DNA from: Escherichia coli
GTDB taxonomy: Bacteria; Pseudomonadota; Gammaproteobacteria; Enterobacterales; Enterobacteriaceae
DNA length: 64,000 bases
Direction: 5' to 3' (one strand)
NCBI RefSeq assembly: GCF_003334815.1
Contig: NZ_QOWO01000001.1
Position 1 is the stretch's first letter; each line of letters starts with the position of its first letter. The translations under genes and the position numbers were made by a program. The notes under the pieces were generated by a model that saw nothing but the letters and a program-made list of their open reading frames with translations, searched no databases and was not told where the DNA came from. Of this stretch, positions 27,701 through 39,967 are shown one piece after another.

Positions 27701-29268
27701 TGATCTCCCCGCCGCCGCACCACGATATCTACTCTATCGAGGACTTAGCGCAGCTCATTTTCGACCTCAAGCAGGTTAACCCGAAAGCGATGATCTCCGT
27801 GAAGCTGGTTTCCGAACCGGGAGTAGGCACCATCGCGACTGGCGTGGCAAAAGCTTATGCGGACTTGATCACCATCGCAGGCTATGACGGCGGCACCGGC
27901 GCAAGTCCGCTTTCATCGGTGAAATACGCAGGCTGTCCGTGGGAGCTGGGGCTTGTTGAAACCCAGCAGGCGCTGGTTGCTAACGGCTTGCGTCACAAGA
28001 TCCGTTTGCAGGTCGATGGCGGCCTGAAAACGGGTGTCGATATCATCAAGGCGGCGATTCTCGGCGCAGAAAGCTTCGGCTTCGGCACTGGCCCGATGGT
28101 GGCGCTCGGCTGTAAATATCTACGTATTTGCCATCTGAACAACTGCGCAACGGGTGTAGCAACTCAGGATGACAAACTGCGTAAGAACCACTATCACGGC
28201 CTGCCATTCAAGGTGACGAATTACTTTGAGTTTATCGCCCGTGAAACCCGCGAGCTGATGGCACAGCTTGGCGTAACACGTCTGGTGGATCTGATTGGTC
28301 GCACCGACCTGCTGAAAGAGCTGGACGGTTTCACCGCCAAACAGCAGAAGCTGGCGCTGTCGAAGCTGCTGGAGACTGCCGAACCGCATCCAGGTAAGGC
28401 ACTCTACTGCACCGAAAACAACCCGCCGTTTGATAACGGCCTGCTGAACGCGCAGTTGCTGCAACAGGCGAAACCGTTTGTCGATGAGCGCCAGAGCAAA
28501 ACCTTCTGGTTCGATATTCGCAACACCGACCGTTCTGTCGGCGCGTCGCTTTCAGGCTATATCGCCCAGACGCACGGCGATCAGGGGCTGGCAGCCGATC
28601 CTATCAAAGCGTACTTCAACGGCACCGCAGGCCAGAGCTTCGGCGTGTGGAACGCGGGCGGCGTGGAACTGTACCTGACCGGTGATGCCAACGACTATGT
28701 CGGTAAAGGCATGGCGGGCGGCTTAATCGCCATTCGTCCTCCGGTTGGTTCCGCCTTCCGCAGCCATGAAGCAAGCATTATCGGCAACACCTGCCTGTAT
28801 GGCGCGACCGGTGGTCGTCTGTATGCCGCAGGCCGCGCGGGTGAACGTTTCGGCGTGCGTAACTCCGGTGCTATCACCGTGGTAGAAGGCATTGGCGACA
28901 ACGGTTGTGAATATATGACGGGTGGTATCGTCTGCATTCTGGGTAAAACCGGCGTTAACTTCGGTGCGGGCATGACCGGCGGTTTCGCTTACGTTCTCGA
29001 TGAAAGCGGCGATTTCCGCAAACGCGTTAACCCGGAACTGGTCGAGGTCTTAAGCGTTGACGCTCTGGCGATCCATGAAGAGCATCTGCGTGGTCTTATC
29101 ACCGAGCATGTGCAGCATACCGGCTCTCAGCGCGGTGAAGAGATTCTGGCGAACTGGTCAACCTTCGCCACTAAATTTGCGCTGGTTAAACCGAAGTCCA
29201 GTGATGTAAAAGCACTGCTGGGTCACCGTAGTCGTAGCGCAGCTGAGTTGCGCGTGCAGGCGCAGTAA
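24715..29268 (+). CDS. gltB: Glutamate synthase (NADPH) large subunit
   Basis: Trimmed to [11 protein letters not shown]... (1517 aa); catalytic Cys in the DNCGFG motif follows a 42-residue propeptide. Confidence 0.95.
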
Positions 29269-30699
<1,431 letters not shown>

Positions 30700-30714
30700 G
30701 CGAGGTAACAATGA

Positions 30715-30739
30715 ATTCGCCAGACTGTGTCTGGCGAAT
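30715..30739. repeat. 25-bp palindrome attcgccagac-tgt-gtctggcgaat; member of the CAGAC-N-GTCTG palindrome family
   Basis: Read directly; perfect 11-bp arms around a 3-nt centre, 16 bp after the gltD stop. Confidence 0.7.
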
Positions 30740-31258
30740 CAAATTACTGACGAAGTGCGCGTTGTTTTCTGGCAAATGCGGCATGAGCGTTTGACCTTTC
30801 CTATAATAGGGATAATTTTCAATAAATTGTGCTTTGTTCACCAAGTCTGATGAGTGAAGCACATCAAGCAATTTCTCATTTACAATCCGTCTCAATTACT
30901 TGTTAACACCTCTGACAATACCGATTCTGCAAGCTATTCAGTCTTTTCATTCCATGTAAATTGTCTCGATATTAATATACAAAATATGAATATAAAAAAC
31001 CAATATATTATCCTTAATTATCTATATATTTTCCTATTTTTCAGCGCAAACATTCATGTAATGAATAATTGTCACCACAAACCACCTCACCAGCACCTTA
31101 TTATTCACATGATCGTAACTATAAAATTCATTAAATAAATACATCCCAGCAAGTTGGCTATTTCTGAACGAGTTATTTATTTACATTCACAAACAGATAT
31201 ATATACTGCTTCAGCTTTTTATTTTAAAAAATAAATTTGTTATTAAGGATATGTTCAT

Positions 31259-32023
31259 ATGTTTTTCAAAAAGAACCTCACAACAGCTGCTATTTGTGCA
31301 GCACTTTCTGTTGCAGCATTCAGTGCCATGGCAACAGATTCAACTGATACAGAATTAACTATCATCGGCGAGTATACCCCTGGTGCATGTACCCCAGTTG
31401 TTACGGGCGGCGGCATTGTTGACTATGGGAAACATCATAACAGTGCGCTGAATCCGACCGGTAAAAGTAATAAACTGGTTCAACTGGGCCGCAAAAACAG
31501 CACATTAAATATAACCTGCACAGCACCAACGCTAATTGCTGTAACCTCCAAGGATAACCGTCAGTCGACCATTGTAGCGTTAAACGACACATCCTATATT
31601 GAAAAAGCTTATGATACTCTCGTAGATATGAAGGGAACGAAAAACGCCTTTGGTTTAGGTTCTGCGCCTAATGGACAAAAAATTGGCGCTGCATCCATTG
31701 GTATTGACAGGTCTAATGGTGGGATTCACGCGGCGGACGATACAGGTGAAATTCCTGTCGACCTGATTCAAACTGACCACTGGTCAGCAGCGACCCCCAC
31801 ATGGAAAGCCTCATCTAATGGCGCATTCTGCTCGCTGACAAGTTGCTCAGCAATCGAGCGCGGTTATTCTGTTGCAAAAACAGGGGAACTGACACCTGTT
31901 GCCATTACAGCGGTCACCTTCCCGTTACTGATTGATGCTGCGGTAAATGACAATACTATTCTTGGTTCTGATGAAACGATCAAACTGGATGGTAACGTCA
32001 CTATCAGCGTTCAGTATTTATAA
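31259..32023 (+). CDS. gltF: Fimbrial-subunit-like secreted protein GltF
   Basis: 254-aa ORF with a signal peptide; paralogous to YhcF (shared C-terminal LDGxxxISVxYL). Confidence 0.9.
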   Translation: MFFKKNLTTAAICAALSVAAFSAMATDSTDTELTIIGEYTPGACTPVVTGGGIVDYGKHHNSALNPTGKSNKLVQLGRKNSTLNITCTAPTLIAVTSKDNRQSTIVALNDTSYIEKAYDTLVDMKGTKNAFGLGSAPNGQKIGAASIGIDRSNGGIHAADDTGEIPVDLIQTDHWSAATPTWKASSNGAFCSLTSCSAIERGYSVAKTGELTPVAITAVTFPLLIDAAVNDNTILGSDETIKLDGNVTISVQYL

Positions 32024-32194
32024 GAACTTGTAATACAGTTTTTATTTTTACGCATTAACCAGTTAGCTATAACTCGGACAGATTATGCCCTATGACATGG
32101 TCTGTCTTAATCAATCTCATCGCAAACAGTGCATAACATATATTAACAATATGTTTCTGCGTTATTTATCATTATTACAGGAGTTTTAATTTAA

Positions 32195-32869
32195 ATGCTC
32201 AGACACATTACATTCACTGTATTTATAACAACATCAATGAATACCTTAGCCACAGGGATGGTTCCTGAAACATCAGTATTGCTGGTTGATGAAAAGCGTG
32301 GTGAAGCTAGTATTAATATTAAGAATACAGATGATCATCCTTCATTGCTTTACACCACCATTGTTGATTTGCCTGAAAGCAATAAATCAATTCGTTTAAT
32401 CCCGACTCAGCCCGTTATTCGTGTTGAAGCCGGTCAAGTACAACAGGTTCGATTTTTACTTCAGGCGACTGTTCCTCTGCAATCAGAAGAGCTGAAACGC
32501 GTAACGTTCGAAGGTATTCCACCAAAAGATGACAAGAGCAGCAGAGTTACTGTTTCAATTCGTCAGGATCTACCTGTACTGATCCACCCGGCTTCCCTGC
32601 CGGAAGAGCGAGAGACCTGGAAATTCCTGGAATGGCGTAAAAATGGCGACCAAATTGAGATTAGCAACCCCAGTAATTATGTCGTTCGTATGACCTTACA
32701 ATTTAAAACGCTCCCTTCAGGAAAAACGGGGGCTATAAATAAGACCTATTTTCTACCACACACCAGTACAACTACTGCATTAACAAACGCTACGGATACA
32801 AAAGTCGAGTTTTACCCAGCCAGCCGATATGGTTATCGCGGTAATAAATATGTCACTGACTTAAAATAA
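32195..32869 (+). CDS. yhcA: Periplasmic fimbrial chaperone (PapD-like)
   Basis: 224-aa ORF with signal peptide and chaperone fold motifs. Confidence 0.9.
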   Translation: MLRHITFTVFITTSMNTLATGMVPETSVLLVDEKRGEASINIKNTDDHPSLLYTTIVDLPESNKSIRLIPTQPVIRVEAGQVQQVRFLLQATVPLQSEELKRVTFEGIPPKDDKSSRVTVSIRQDLPVLIHPASLPEERETWKFLEWRKNGDQIEISNPSNYVVRMTLQFKTLPSGKTGAINKTYFLPHTSTTTALTNATDTKVEFYPASRYGYRGNKYVTDLK

Positions 32870-32889
32870 CTTTGCCTGGAGCGACAAGG

Positions 32890-35271
32890 ATGTTAAAAAA
32901 AACGTTACTGGCCTACACCATTGGTTTTGCCTTTTCTCCCCCAGCCAATGCAGATGGTATAGAGATTGCCGCTGTTGATTTTGATCGGGAAACATTAAAA
33001 TCACTAGGTGTAGATCCTAATATATCGCATTATTTTTCCCGTTCAGCCCGTTTTTTGCCAGGTGAATATTCACTGATAGTATCAGTAAATGGCGAAAAAA
33101 AAGGCAACATTGCTACGCGCTTTGATGAAAATGGCGACATTTGTCTTGATCAGGCATTTCTGCAACAAGCCGGTTTAAAAATTCCTTCTGAAGAAAAAAA
33201 TGGCTGTTACGACTATATATTGTCCTACCCGGGTACCACAATCACACCATTACCTAACCAGGAAGCGTTAGATATTATCGTTTCACCACAGGCGATCATT
33301 CCCATAGGGTTGGATCTCACAAACGCAGCAACTGGTGGAACAGCTGCGCTGCTAAACTACTCTCTGATGAGCAGCCGTGCAGAATTTTCTAATGGGAGTT
33401 CGGACTACTCCCAGGCTGCACTTGAAGGTGGGATTAATATTAATGACTGGATGTTACGCAGCCATCAGTTCCTTACACAAACAAATGGCACATTCAGTAA
33501 CCAGAACTCGTCAACCTACCTTCAACGTACCTTTACAGATCTTAAAACACTCATGCGAGCAGGTGAAGTTAACCTCAATAATAGCGTGTTGGAAGGAGCC
33601 AGTATTTACGGTATCGAAATCGCACCGGACAACGCATTGCAAACCAGCGGCAGTGGTGTGCAAGTTACTGGTATAGCCAACACCTCTCAGGCTCGTGTCG
33701 AGATTCGTCAACAAGGAGTTTTAATTCATTCCATTCTGGTTCCTGCGGGCGCATTCACTATCCCTGATGTACCTGTTCGCAATGGTAATAGTGATCTTAA
33801 TGTCACCGTTGTCGAAACAGACGGTAGTTCGCACAACTATATTGTTCCCTCCACCCTGTTTAATCAGCATGTAGAAAGCTTCCAGGGTTATCGCTTCGCG
33901 ATAGGGCGGGTAGACGATGACTATGACGAATCACCTTGGGTAATTAGTGCATCGAGCGGATGGAATCTGACACGCTGGAGTGCAATGAACGGCGGCGTTA
34001 TCGTAGCAGAAAATTATCAGGCGGCATCAATCCGGTCGAGTCTGGTTCCCCTGCCCGATTTAACAGTGAGCAGCCAAATTAGTACATCGCAGGATACGAA
34101 AGACTCACTGCAAGGACAGAAATATCGTCTTGACGCGAACTACAATCTCCCATTTTCACTTGGGCTAACAACCAGCCTCACTCGATCTGATCGCCATTAT
34201 CGCGAACTGTCTGAAGCGATTGATGATGATTATACCGATCCGACTAAAAGCACTTATGCGCTTGGTTTAAACTGGTCTAACTCCATTCTGGGTGGTTTCA
34301 ACATCAGTGGCTATAAAACATATAGTTACGACGGTGACAATGACTCAAGCAACCTTAATATTAACTGGAACAAAGCGTTCAAACACGCCACGGTTTCCGT
34401 CAACTGGCAGCATCAACTTAGTGCTTCAGAAAATAATGAAGACGATGGTGATCTGTTCTACGTCAACATCAGTATTCCATTTGGCAGATCAAACACCGCC
34501 ACACTGTATACTCGCCATGACGATCATAAAACCCACTATGGTACTGGTGTCATGGGAGTCGTCTCAGATGAGATGTCCTACTATGTGAATGCTGAACGAG
34601 ATCACGACGAACGTGAAACGAGCTTGAACGGCAGTATCAGTTCCAATCTCCATTACACCCAAGTCAGCCTTGCCGCAGGAGCAAGCGGCAGTGATAGCCG
34701 TACTTACAACGGTACGATGTCAGGTGGTATTGCCGTACATGATCAGGGAGTGACCTTTTCACCGTGGACTATCAATGACACTTTCGCCATCGCAAAAATG
34801 GATAACAATATTGCAGGTGTCAGAATTACATCTCAGGCAGGCCCAGTATGGACAGATTTTCGGGGTAATGCCGTCATTCCATCAATCCAGCCGTGGCGAA
34901 CATCAGGAGTTGAGATCGATACCGCCAGCTTGCCAAAAAATGTCGATATCGGTAACGGCACAAAAATGATCAAACAAGGCCGTGGTGCAGTAGGGAAAGT
35001 CGGATTCAGTGCGATAACACAACGCCGTGCATTACTCAATATCACACTTTCCGACGGCAAAAAACTGCCCAGAGGCGTTGCGATTGAAGATAGTGAAGGC
35101 AACTATCTGACAACATCAGTGGATGACGGTGTTGTATTCCTCAATAACATCAAACCGGACATGGTGCTAGATATAAAAGATGAGCAGCAATCATGCCGTA
35201 TTCACCTTACATTCCCAGAAGATGCACCAAAAGATGTGTTCTATGAGACAGCAACAGGAGAGTGCCAATGA
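32890..35271 (+). CDS. yhcD: Outer-membrane fimbrial usher
   Basis: Trimmed to MLKKTLLAYTIG... (793 aa); ATG confirmed at 32890. Confidence 0.9.
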   Translation: MLKKTLLAYTIGFAFSPPANADGIEIAAVDFDRETLKSLGVDPNISHYFSRSARFLPGEYSLIVSVNGEKKGNIATRFDENGDICLDQAFLQQAGLKIPSEEKNGCYDYILSYPGTTITPLPNQEALDIIVSPQAIIPIGLDLTNAATGGTAALLNYSLMSSRAEFSNGSSDYSQAALEGGININDWMLRSHQFLTQTNGTFSNQNSSTYLQRTFTDLKTLMRAGEVNLNNSVLEGASIYGIEIAPDNALQTSGSGVQVTGIANTSQARVEIRQQGVLIHSILVPAGAFTIPDVPVRNGNSDLNVTVVETDGSSHNYIVPSTLFNQHVESFQGYRFAIGRVDDDYDESPWVISASSGWNLTRWSAMNGGVIVAENYQAASIRSSLVPLPDLTVSSQISTSQDTKDSLQGQKYRLDANYNLPFSLGLTTSLTRSDRHYRELSEAIDDDYTDPTKSTYALGLNWSNSILGGFNISGYKTYSYDGDNDSSNLNINWNKAFKHATVSVNWQHQLSASENNEDDGDLFYVNISIPFGRSNTATLYTRHDDHKTHYGTGVMGVVSDEMSYYVNAERDHDERETSLNGSISSNLHYTQVSLAAGASGSDSRTYNGTMSGGIAVHDQGVTFSPWTINDTFAIAKMDNNIAGVRITSQAGPVWTDFRGNAVIPSIQPWRTSGVEIDTASLPKNVDIGNGTKMIKQGRGAVGKVGFSAITQRRALLNITLSDGKKLPRGVAIEDSEGNYLTTSVDDGVVFLNNIKPDMVLDIKDEQQSCRIHLTFPEDAPKDVFYETATGECQ

Positions 35272-35813
35272 AACGGATAATAACAGGATGCCTGCTGCTG
35301 AACTTCGCCATGGCCGCTCAGGCAGAGTGTAATATCTCCAGTAGCATACAAAATATCGACTATGGCAAACGAAGTGCTGCCATGCGCCAAGTTGACCGGG
35401 GTAAAACAACACAATTAGCAGACAGAACAATCACGCTGGTAATGCAATGCGATCAGGACGCTCATATTCGTGTTCAGTTGAATACCGCTAATATTTCCAA
35501 CAACGGATTTGGATTTGGCCCGAATGGTTCATTAAATCTGATCGCCAGCGATGCATTTTCAGGTAGTAACAATCTCGACCTGGCGTTAGCCAGTGGCAAA
35601 AATGACAATCCGGGCAGCACAGGAACAGCATCAATTAGTACTTCCCCCAATAATTGGCTGGTGTTTATGCAAAATGGTCAAGAAGTGGTAATTGATAGCG
35701 GTAAAAGCGTTAGCCTCACACTGACAATGGCTCCAGCTTTTAAGGATGAAGGGGAACTAACCGACATGACAGATATTACAGGCAATCTGACGGTCCTGGT
35801 GGAGGCAAAATGA
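35262..35813 (+). CDS. yhcE: Fimbrial-cluster secreted protein YhcE (intact, 183 aa)
   Basis: Uninterrupted ORF with a signal peptide overlapping the yhcD stop; I recall this gene as IS5-disrupted in K-12 MG1655. Confidence 0.7.
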   Translation: MPMKRIITGCLLLNFAMAAQAECNISSSIQNIDYGKRSAAMRQVDRGKTTQLADRTITLVMQCDQDAHIRVQLNTANISNNGFGFGPNGSLNLIASDAFSGSNNLDLALASGKNDNPGSTGTASISTSPNNWLVFMQNGQEVVIDSGKSVSLTLTMAPAFKDEGELTDMTDITGNLTVLVEAK

Positions 35814-36526
35814 ACAATGTAAAATTACTGATTGCCGGAAGTGCCTTTTTTGCCATGTCAGCGCAAGCCGCTGATAGAGTATCAATTGACGTTAAGGTGA
35901 CTCTGGAAGCTGCAGCTTGTACTCCAATACTAAGCAACGGCGGAGTTGTTAACTTCGGTAGTCATTCAGTCAATAGACTTTCAACGCAGCACTACACACA
36001 GATTGGAACACGTAATATTAATATGACTATAACTTGCGAATCCGCTACCGGCATTGCGATTACCGCTCGTGATACACGAATGGATAGTATGACCACCGGA
36101 AAAGATAGTGGGGGTCAGAGTGGTGTAAAATATACCTTAAATGGCGGAGGTTATATTAGCCAGACAACGCGCTTATTCGGCTTAGGGAAAACAAAAGATA
36201 ATAAAAATATCGGTAGTTATGCCGTGTTAATTGATAGCAACAACATTAGTGCCAGCAATGGTAGCCAGACGTTAGCTGTATCAATAGCAGGTGCAGATGC
36301 CGTCATAACAGGGCAAAAAAGAGCATGGCAAACGCTCACCGCTTATCCGCTTGCAGTCGATCAAAGCTATTATTACACCTTTGTAAAACCAGGTGAAACA
36401 ACCCCAACTCCTGTAACGAACGCCATTATACCGCTTCAGGTGAGCGCATCTATCGCGAATGATTTAGGCGGTTCAGAAAAAATCGAACTTGATGGGAAAG
36501 CTGTGATAAGCGTAGTCTACTTGTGA
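35810..36526 (+). CDS. yhcF: Fimbrial-subunit-like secreted protein YhcF
   Basis: 238-aa ORF with a signal peptide; paralog of GltF. Confidence 0.88.
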   Translation: MNNVKLLIAGSAFFAMSAQAADRVSIDVKVTLEAAACTPILSNGGVVNFGSHSVNRLSTQHYTQIGTRNINMTITCESATGIAITARDTRMDSMTTGKDSGGQSGVKYTLNGGGYISQTTRLFGLGKTKDNKNIGSYAVLIDSNNISASNGSQTLAVSIAGADAVITGQKRAWQTLTAYPLAVDQSYYYTFVKPGETTPTPVTNAIIPLQVSASIANDLGGSEKIELDGKAVISVVYL

Positions 36527-36710
36527 TAACAATGCCGGACAGGAGTACTATCAGGCATTCGTTTTATACGATCGGTTAATGTTTCAGGAAAGCTCTTCGC
36601 ATATCTTGGGGAAAGTAAATGTAATACGCTGTTCTTAATTGTTCAGTGCTCACCCCCCAGAGTATAGCTCATTCCATTATTCAACTTAGCTCCATATAAA
36701 GGGACAGATA

Positions 36711-37838
36711 ATGGAATCGCTCTCAGAAGGAACCACAGCAGGCTACCAGCAAATCCACGACGGTATTATTCATCTGGTCGATAGCGCCCGGACGGAAACG
36801 GTACGTAGCGTTAACGCGTTAATGACCGCGACGTACCAGGAAATTGGCCGACGAATTGTCGAATTTGAACAAGGTGGCGAGGCCAGGGCTGCGTATGGTG
36901 CGCAGCTAATCAAGCGACTATCAAAGGATTTATGTCTAAGGTATAAGCGTGGGTTCTCTGCAAAAAACTTACGCCAAATGAGGCTTTTTTACCTCTTTTT
37001 TCAACATGTTGAAATTCGCCAGACAATGTCTGGCGAATTAACACCATTGGGAATTCCGCAGACACCGTCTGCAGAATTCCCATCGGCAAAGATTTGGCAG
37101 ACGCTGTCTGCCAAATCTTTCCCCTTGCCCAGGTCCACCTACGTCCGTTTACTTTCCGTTAAAAACGCTGACGCCCGCAGCTTTTATGAAAAAGAGACGC
37201 TCCGCTGTGGCTGGTCTGTTCGCCAGCTAGAGCGGCAAATTGCGACCCAGTTTTATGAGCGGACACTACTGTCACATGACAAATCAGCCATGCTGCAACA
37301 ACACGCTCCTGCCGAGACGCATATTCTTCCGCAACAGGCGATACGCGATCCCTTTGTGCTCGAATTTCTGGAATTGAAAGATGAATATTCAGAATCCGAT
37401 TTTGAGGAGGCGCTGATCAACCACCTGATGGATTTCATGCTGGAACTTGGGGATGATTTTGCCTTTGTTGGTCGGCAGCGAAGGTTACGCATTGATGACA
37501 ACTGGTTTCGTGTCGATCTGCTGTTTTTCCACCGCCGTTTACGCTGCCTGCTAATCGTCGATCTAAAAGTGGGCAAATTCAGCTATAGCGATGCCGGACA
37601 GATGAATATGTATCTCAACTACGCCAAAGAGCACTGGACGCTACCGGATGAAAATCCGCCCATCGGTCTGGTTCTCTGTGCAGAGAAAGGAGCCGGAGAA
37701 GCGCATTATGCTCTGGCAGGTTTGCCTAACACCGTTCTGGCAAGCGAATATAAGATGCAACTACCTGATGAGAAACGACTCGCAGATGAACTCGTTCGAA
37801 CACAGGCGGTGCTAGAGGAAGGCTATAGACGCCGTTAA
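36711..37838 (+). CDS. yhcG: YhcG-family (DUF1016) protein, PD-(D/E)xK nuclease-like C-terminal domain; function unknown
   Basis: 375-aa ORF; the C-terminal segment (...FAFVGRQRRLRIDDNWFRVDLLFFHRRLRCLLIVDLK...) fits a PD-(D/E)xK-type core by recall. Confidence 0.85.
   Translation: MESLSEGTTAGYQQIHDGIIHLVDSARTETVRSVNALMTATYQEIGRRIVEFEQGGEARAAYGAQLIKRLSKDLCLRYKRGFSAKNLRQMRLFYLFFQHVEIRQTMSGELTPLGIPQTPSAEFPSAKIWQTLSAKSFPLPRSTYVRLLSVKNADARSFYEKETLRCGWSVRQLERQIATQFYERTLLSHDKSAMLQQHAPAETHILPQQAIRDPFVLEFLELKDEYSESDFEEALINHLMDFMLELGDDFAFVGRQRRLRIDDNWFRVDLLFFHRRLRCLLIVDLKVGKFSYSDAGQMNMYLNYAKEHWTLPDENPPIGLVLCAEKGAGEAHYALAGLPNTVLASEYKMQLPDEKRLADELVRTQAVLEEGYRRR
37013..37119. repeat. Three tandem palindromes (37013-37039 perfect 27 bp; 37050-37080, 31 bp with 1 mismatch; 37089-37119 perfect 31 bp) inside the yhcG coding sequence
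   Basis: aattcgccagaca-a-tgtctggcgaatt; ggaattccgcagac-acc-gtctgcagaattcc; aagatttggcagac-gct-gtctgccaaatctt, all read directly. Confidence 0.75.
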
Positions 37839-37853
37839 TTTCAGCGGTTTCGA

Positions 37854-37878
37854 ATTCTGCAGACAGTGTCTGCAGAAT
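37854..37878. repeat. 25-bp perfect palindrome attctgcagaca-g-tgtctgcagaat between the convergent yhcG and yhcH stops
   Basis: Read directly; same CAGAC-N-GTCTG core and GAATT arms as the intragenic copies. Confidence 0.75.
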
Positions 37879-37897
37879 CTTTAAAACGAACTAAGTT

Positions 37898-39230
<1,333 letters not shown>

Positions 39231-39234
<4 letters not shown>

Positions 39235-39920
39235 AGCACCGCCTTTTTCATCGCTGTGTTGTACCACTGACAAATGTGCTCAAGACGCGTGATTGCAGAA
39301 CCGACCGTCACCGCCCACGCGCCGTGGCGCATCGCATCCGCCGCCTGAGCAGGCGTGTTGTAACGCCCTTCGGCAATCACCCGACATCCGGCGTCGCTCA
39401 ACGTTTTCACCAGCGCCAGATCCGGCTCTTCTGGCGTTTCAGGCGTGGTATAGCCAGAAAGCGTAGTGCCAATAATTTCGGCTCCCAGCTTTTGGCATGC
39501 CAGGCCGTCTTCCGGCGTTGAGCAGTCGGTCATCGCCAGTAAACCGTGATGGTGAATACGTGCCAGCAGCGTTTCAACAGGCACCGGACGCGGGCGGTCG
39601 GTGCCGTCAATGGCGATAATGTCCGCGCCCGCCTGCGCCAGCGCATCAACATCTTCAATATAGGCCGTGATGCGTACCGGAGAATCCTCCAGATCGCGTT
39701 TCACAATTCCAATAATCGGCACGCTCACCACCGCACGCGTGGCTTGCAGATTTGCCACACCTTCAATGCGAATGGCAACCGCGCCCGCCTGTTCTGCCGC
39801 TAATGCCATGGCGGCGACGATTTCGGGTTTATCGAGCGGGCTGTCCGGAACCGGCTGGCAGGAGACAATCAGGCCACCGTTAGCAGCGATTTTTTGATCC
39901 AGTTGTGCAAGTAACGACAT
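39231..39920 (-). CDS. nanE: N-acetylmannosamine-6-phosphate 2-epimerase
   Basis: Trimmed to [22 protein letters not shown]... (229 aa). Confidence 0.93.
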
Positions 39921-39967
39921 ACATCTTCCCTTAGCGAAAGGCCCGGTACATAGACCGGGCAACAGGA

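Noticed and set aside
24801-28973. Multiple long antisense or alternate-frame ORFs inside gltB (for example 25717..26451, 244 aa on the minus strand; 25036..25608, 190 aa)
   Set aside because: These are shadow ORFs typical of a long GC-rich coding sequence. They sit wholly inside a gene with an unambiguous product and have no independent start context.
30854-31138. 94-aa ORF in the gltD–gltF intergenic region
   Set aside because: Falls in an extremely AT-rich, low-complexity stretch; the translation is Ile/Asn/Leu-rich junk with no ribosome-binding context. More likely H-NS-bound promoter DNA for gltF.
37013-37878. Palindromic repeats as a CRISPR array
   Set aside because: They are inverted-repeat palindromes with variable spacing (about 10 to 740 bp) and three lie inside an ORF. 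They are not evenly spaced direct repeats separated by unique spacers, and no cas genes are present.
37050-37878. EcoRI (GAATTC) and PstI (CTGCAG) sites inside the palindromes as evidence of a cloning-vector polylinker
   Set aside because: The five copies differ from one another by point changes, keep the yhcG frame intact, and one lies 7 kb away downstream of gltD. That pattern fits natural repeats, not an engineered insert.
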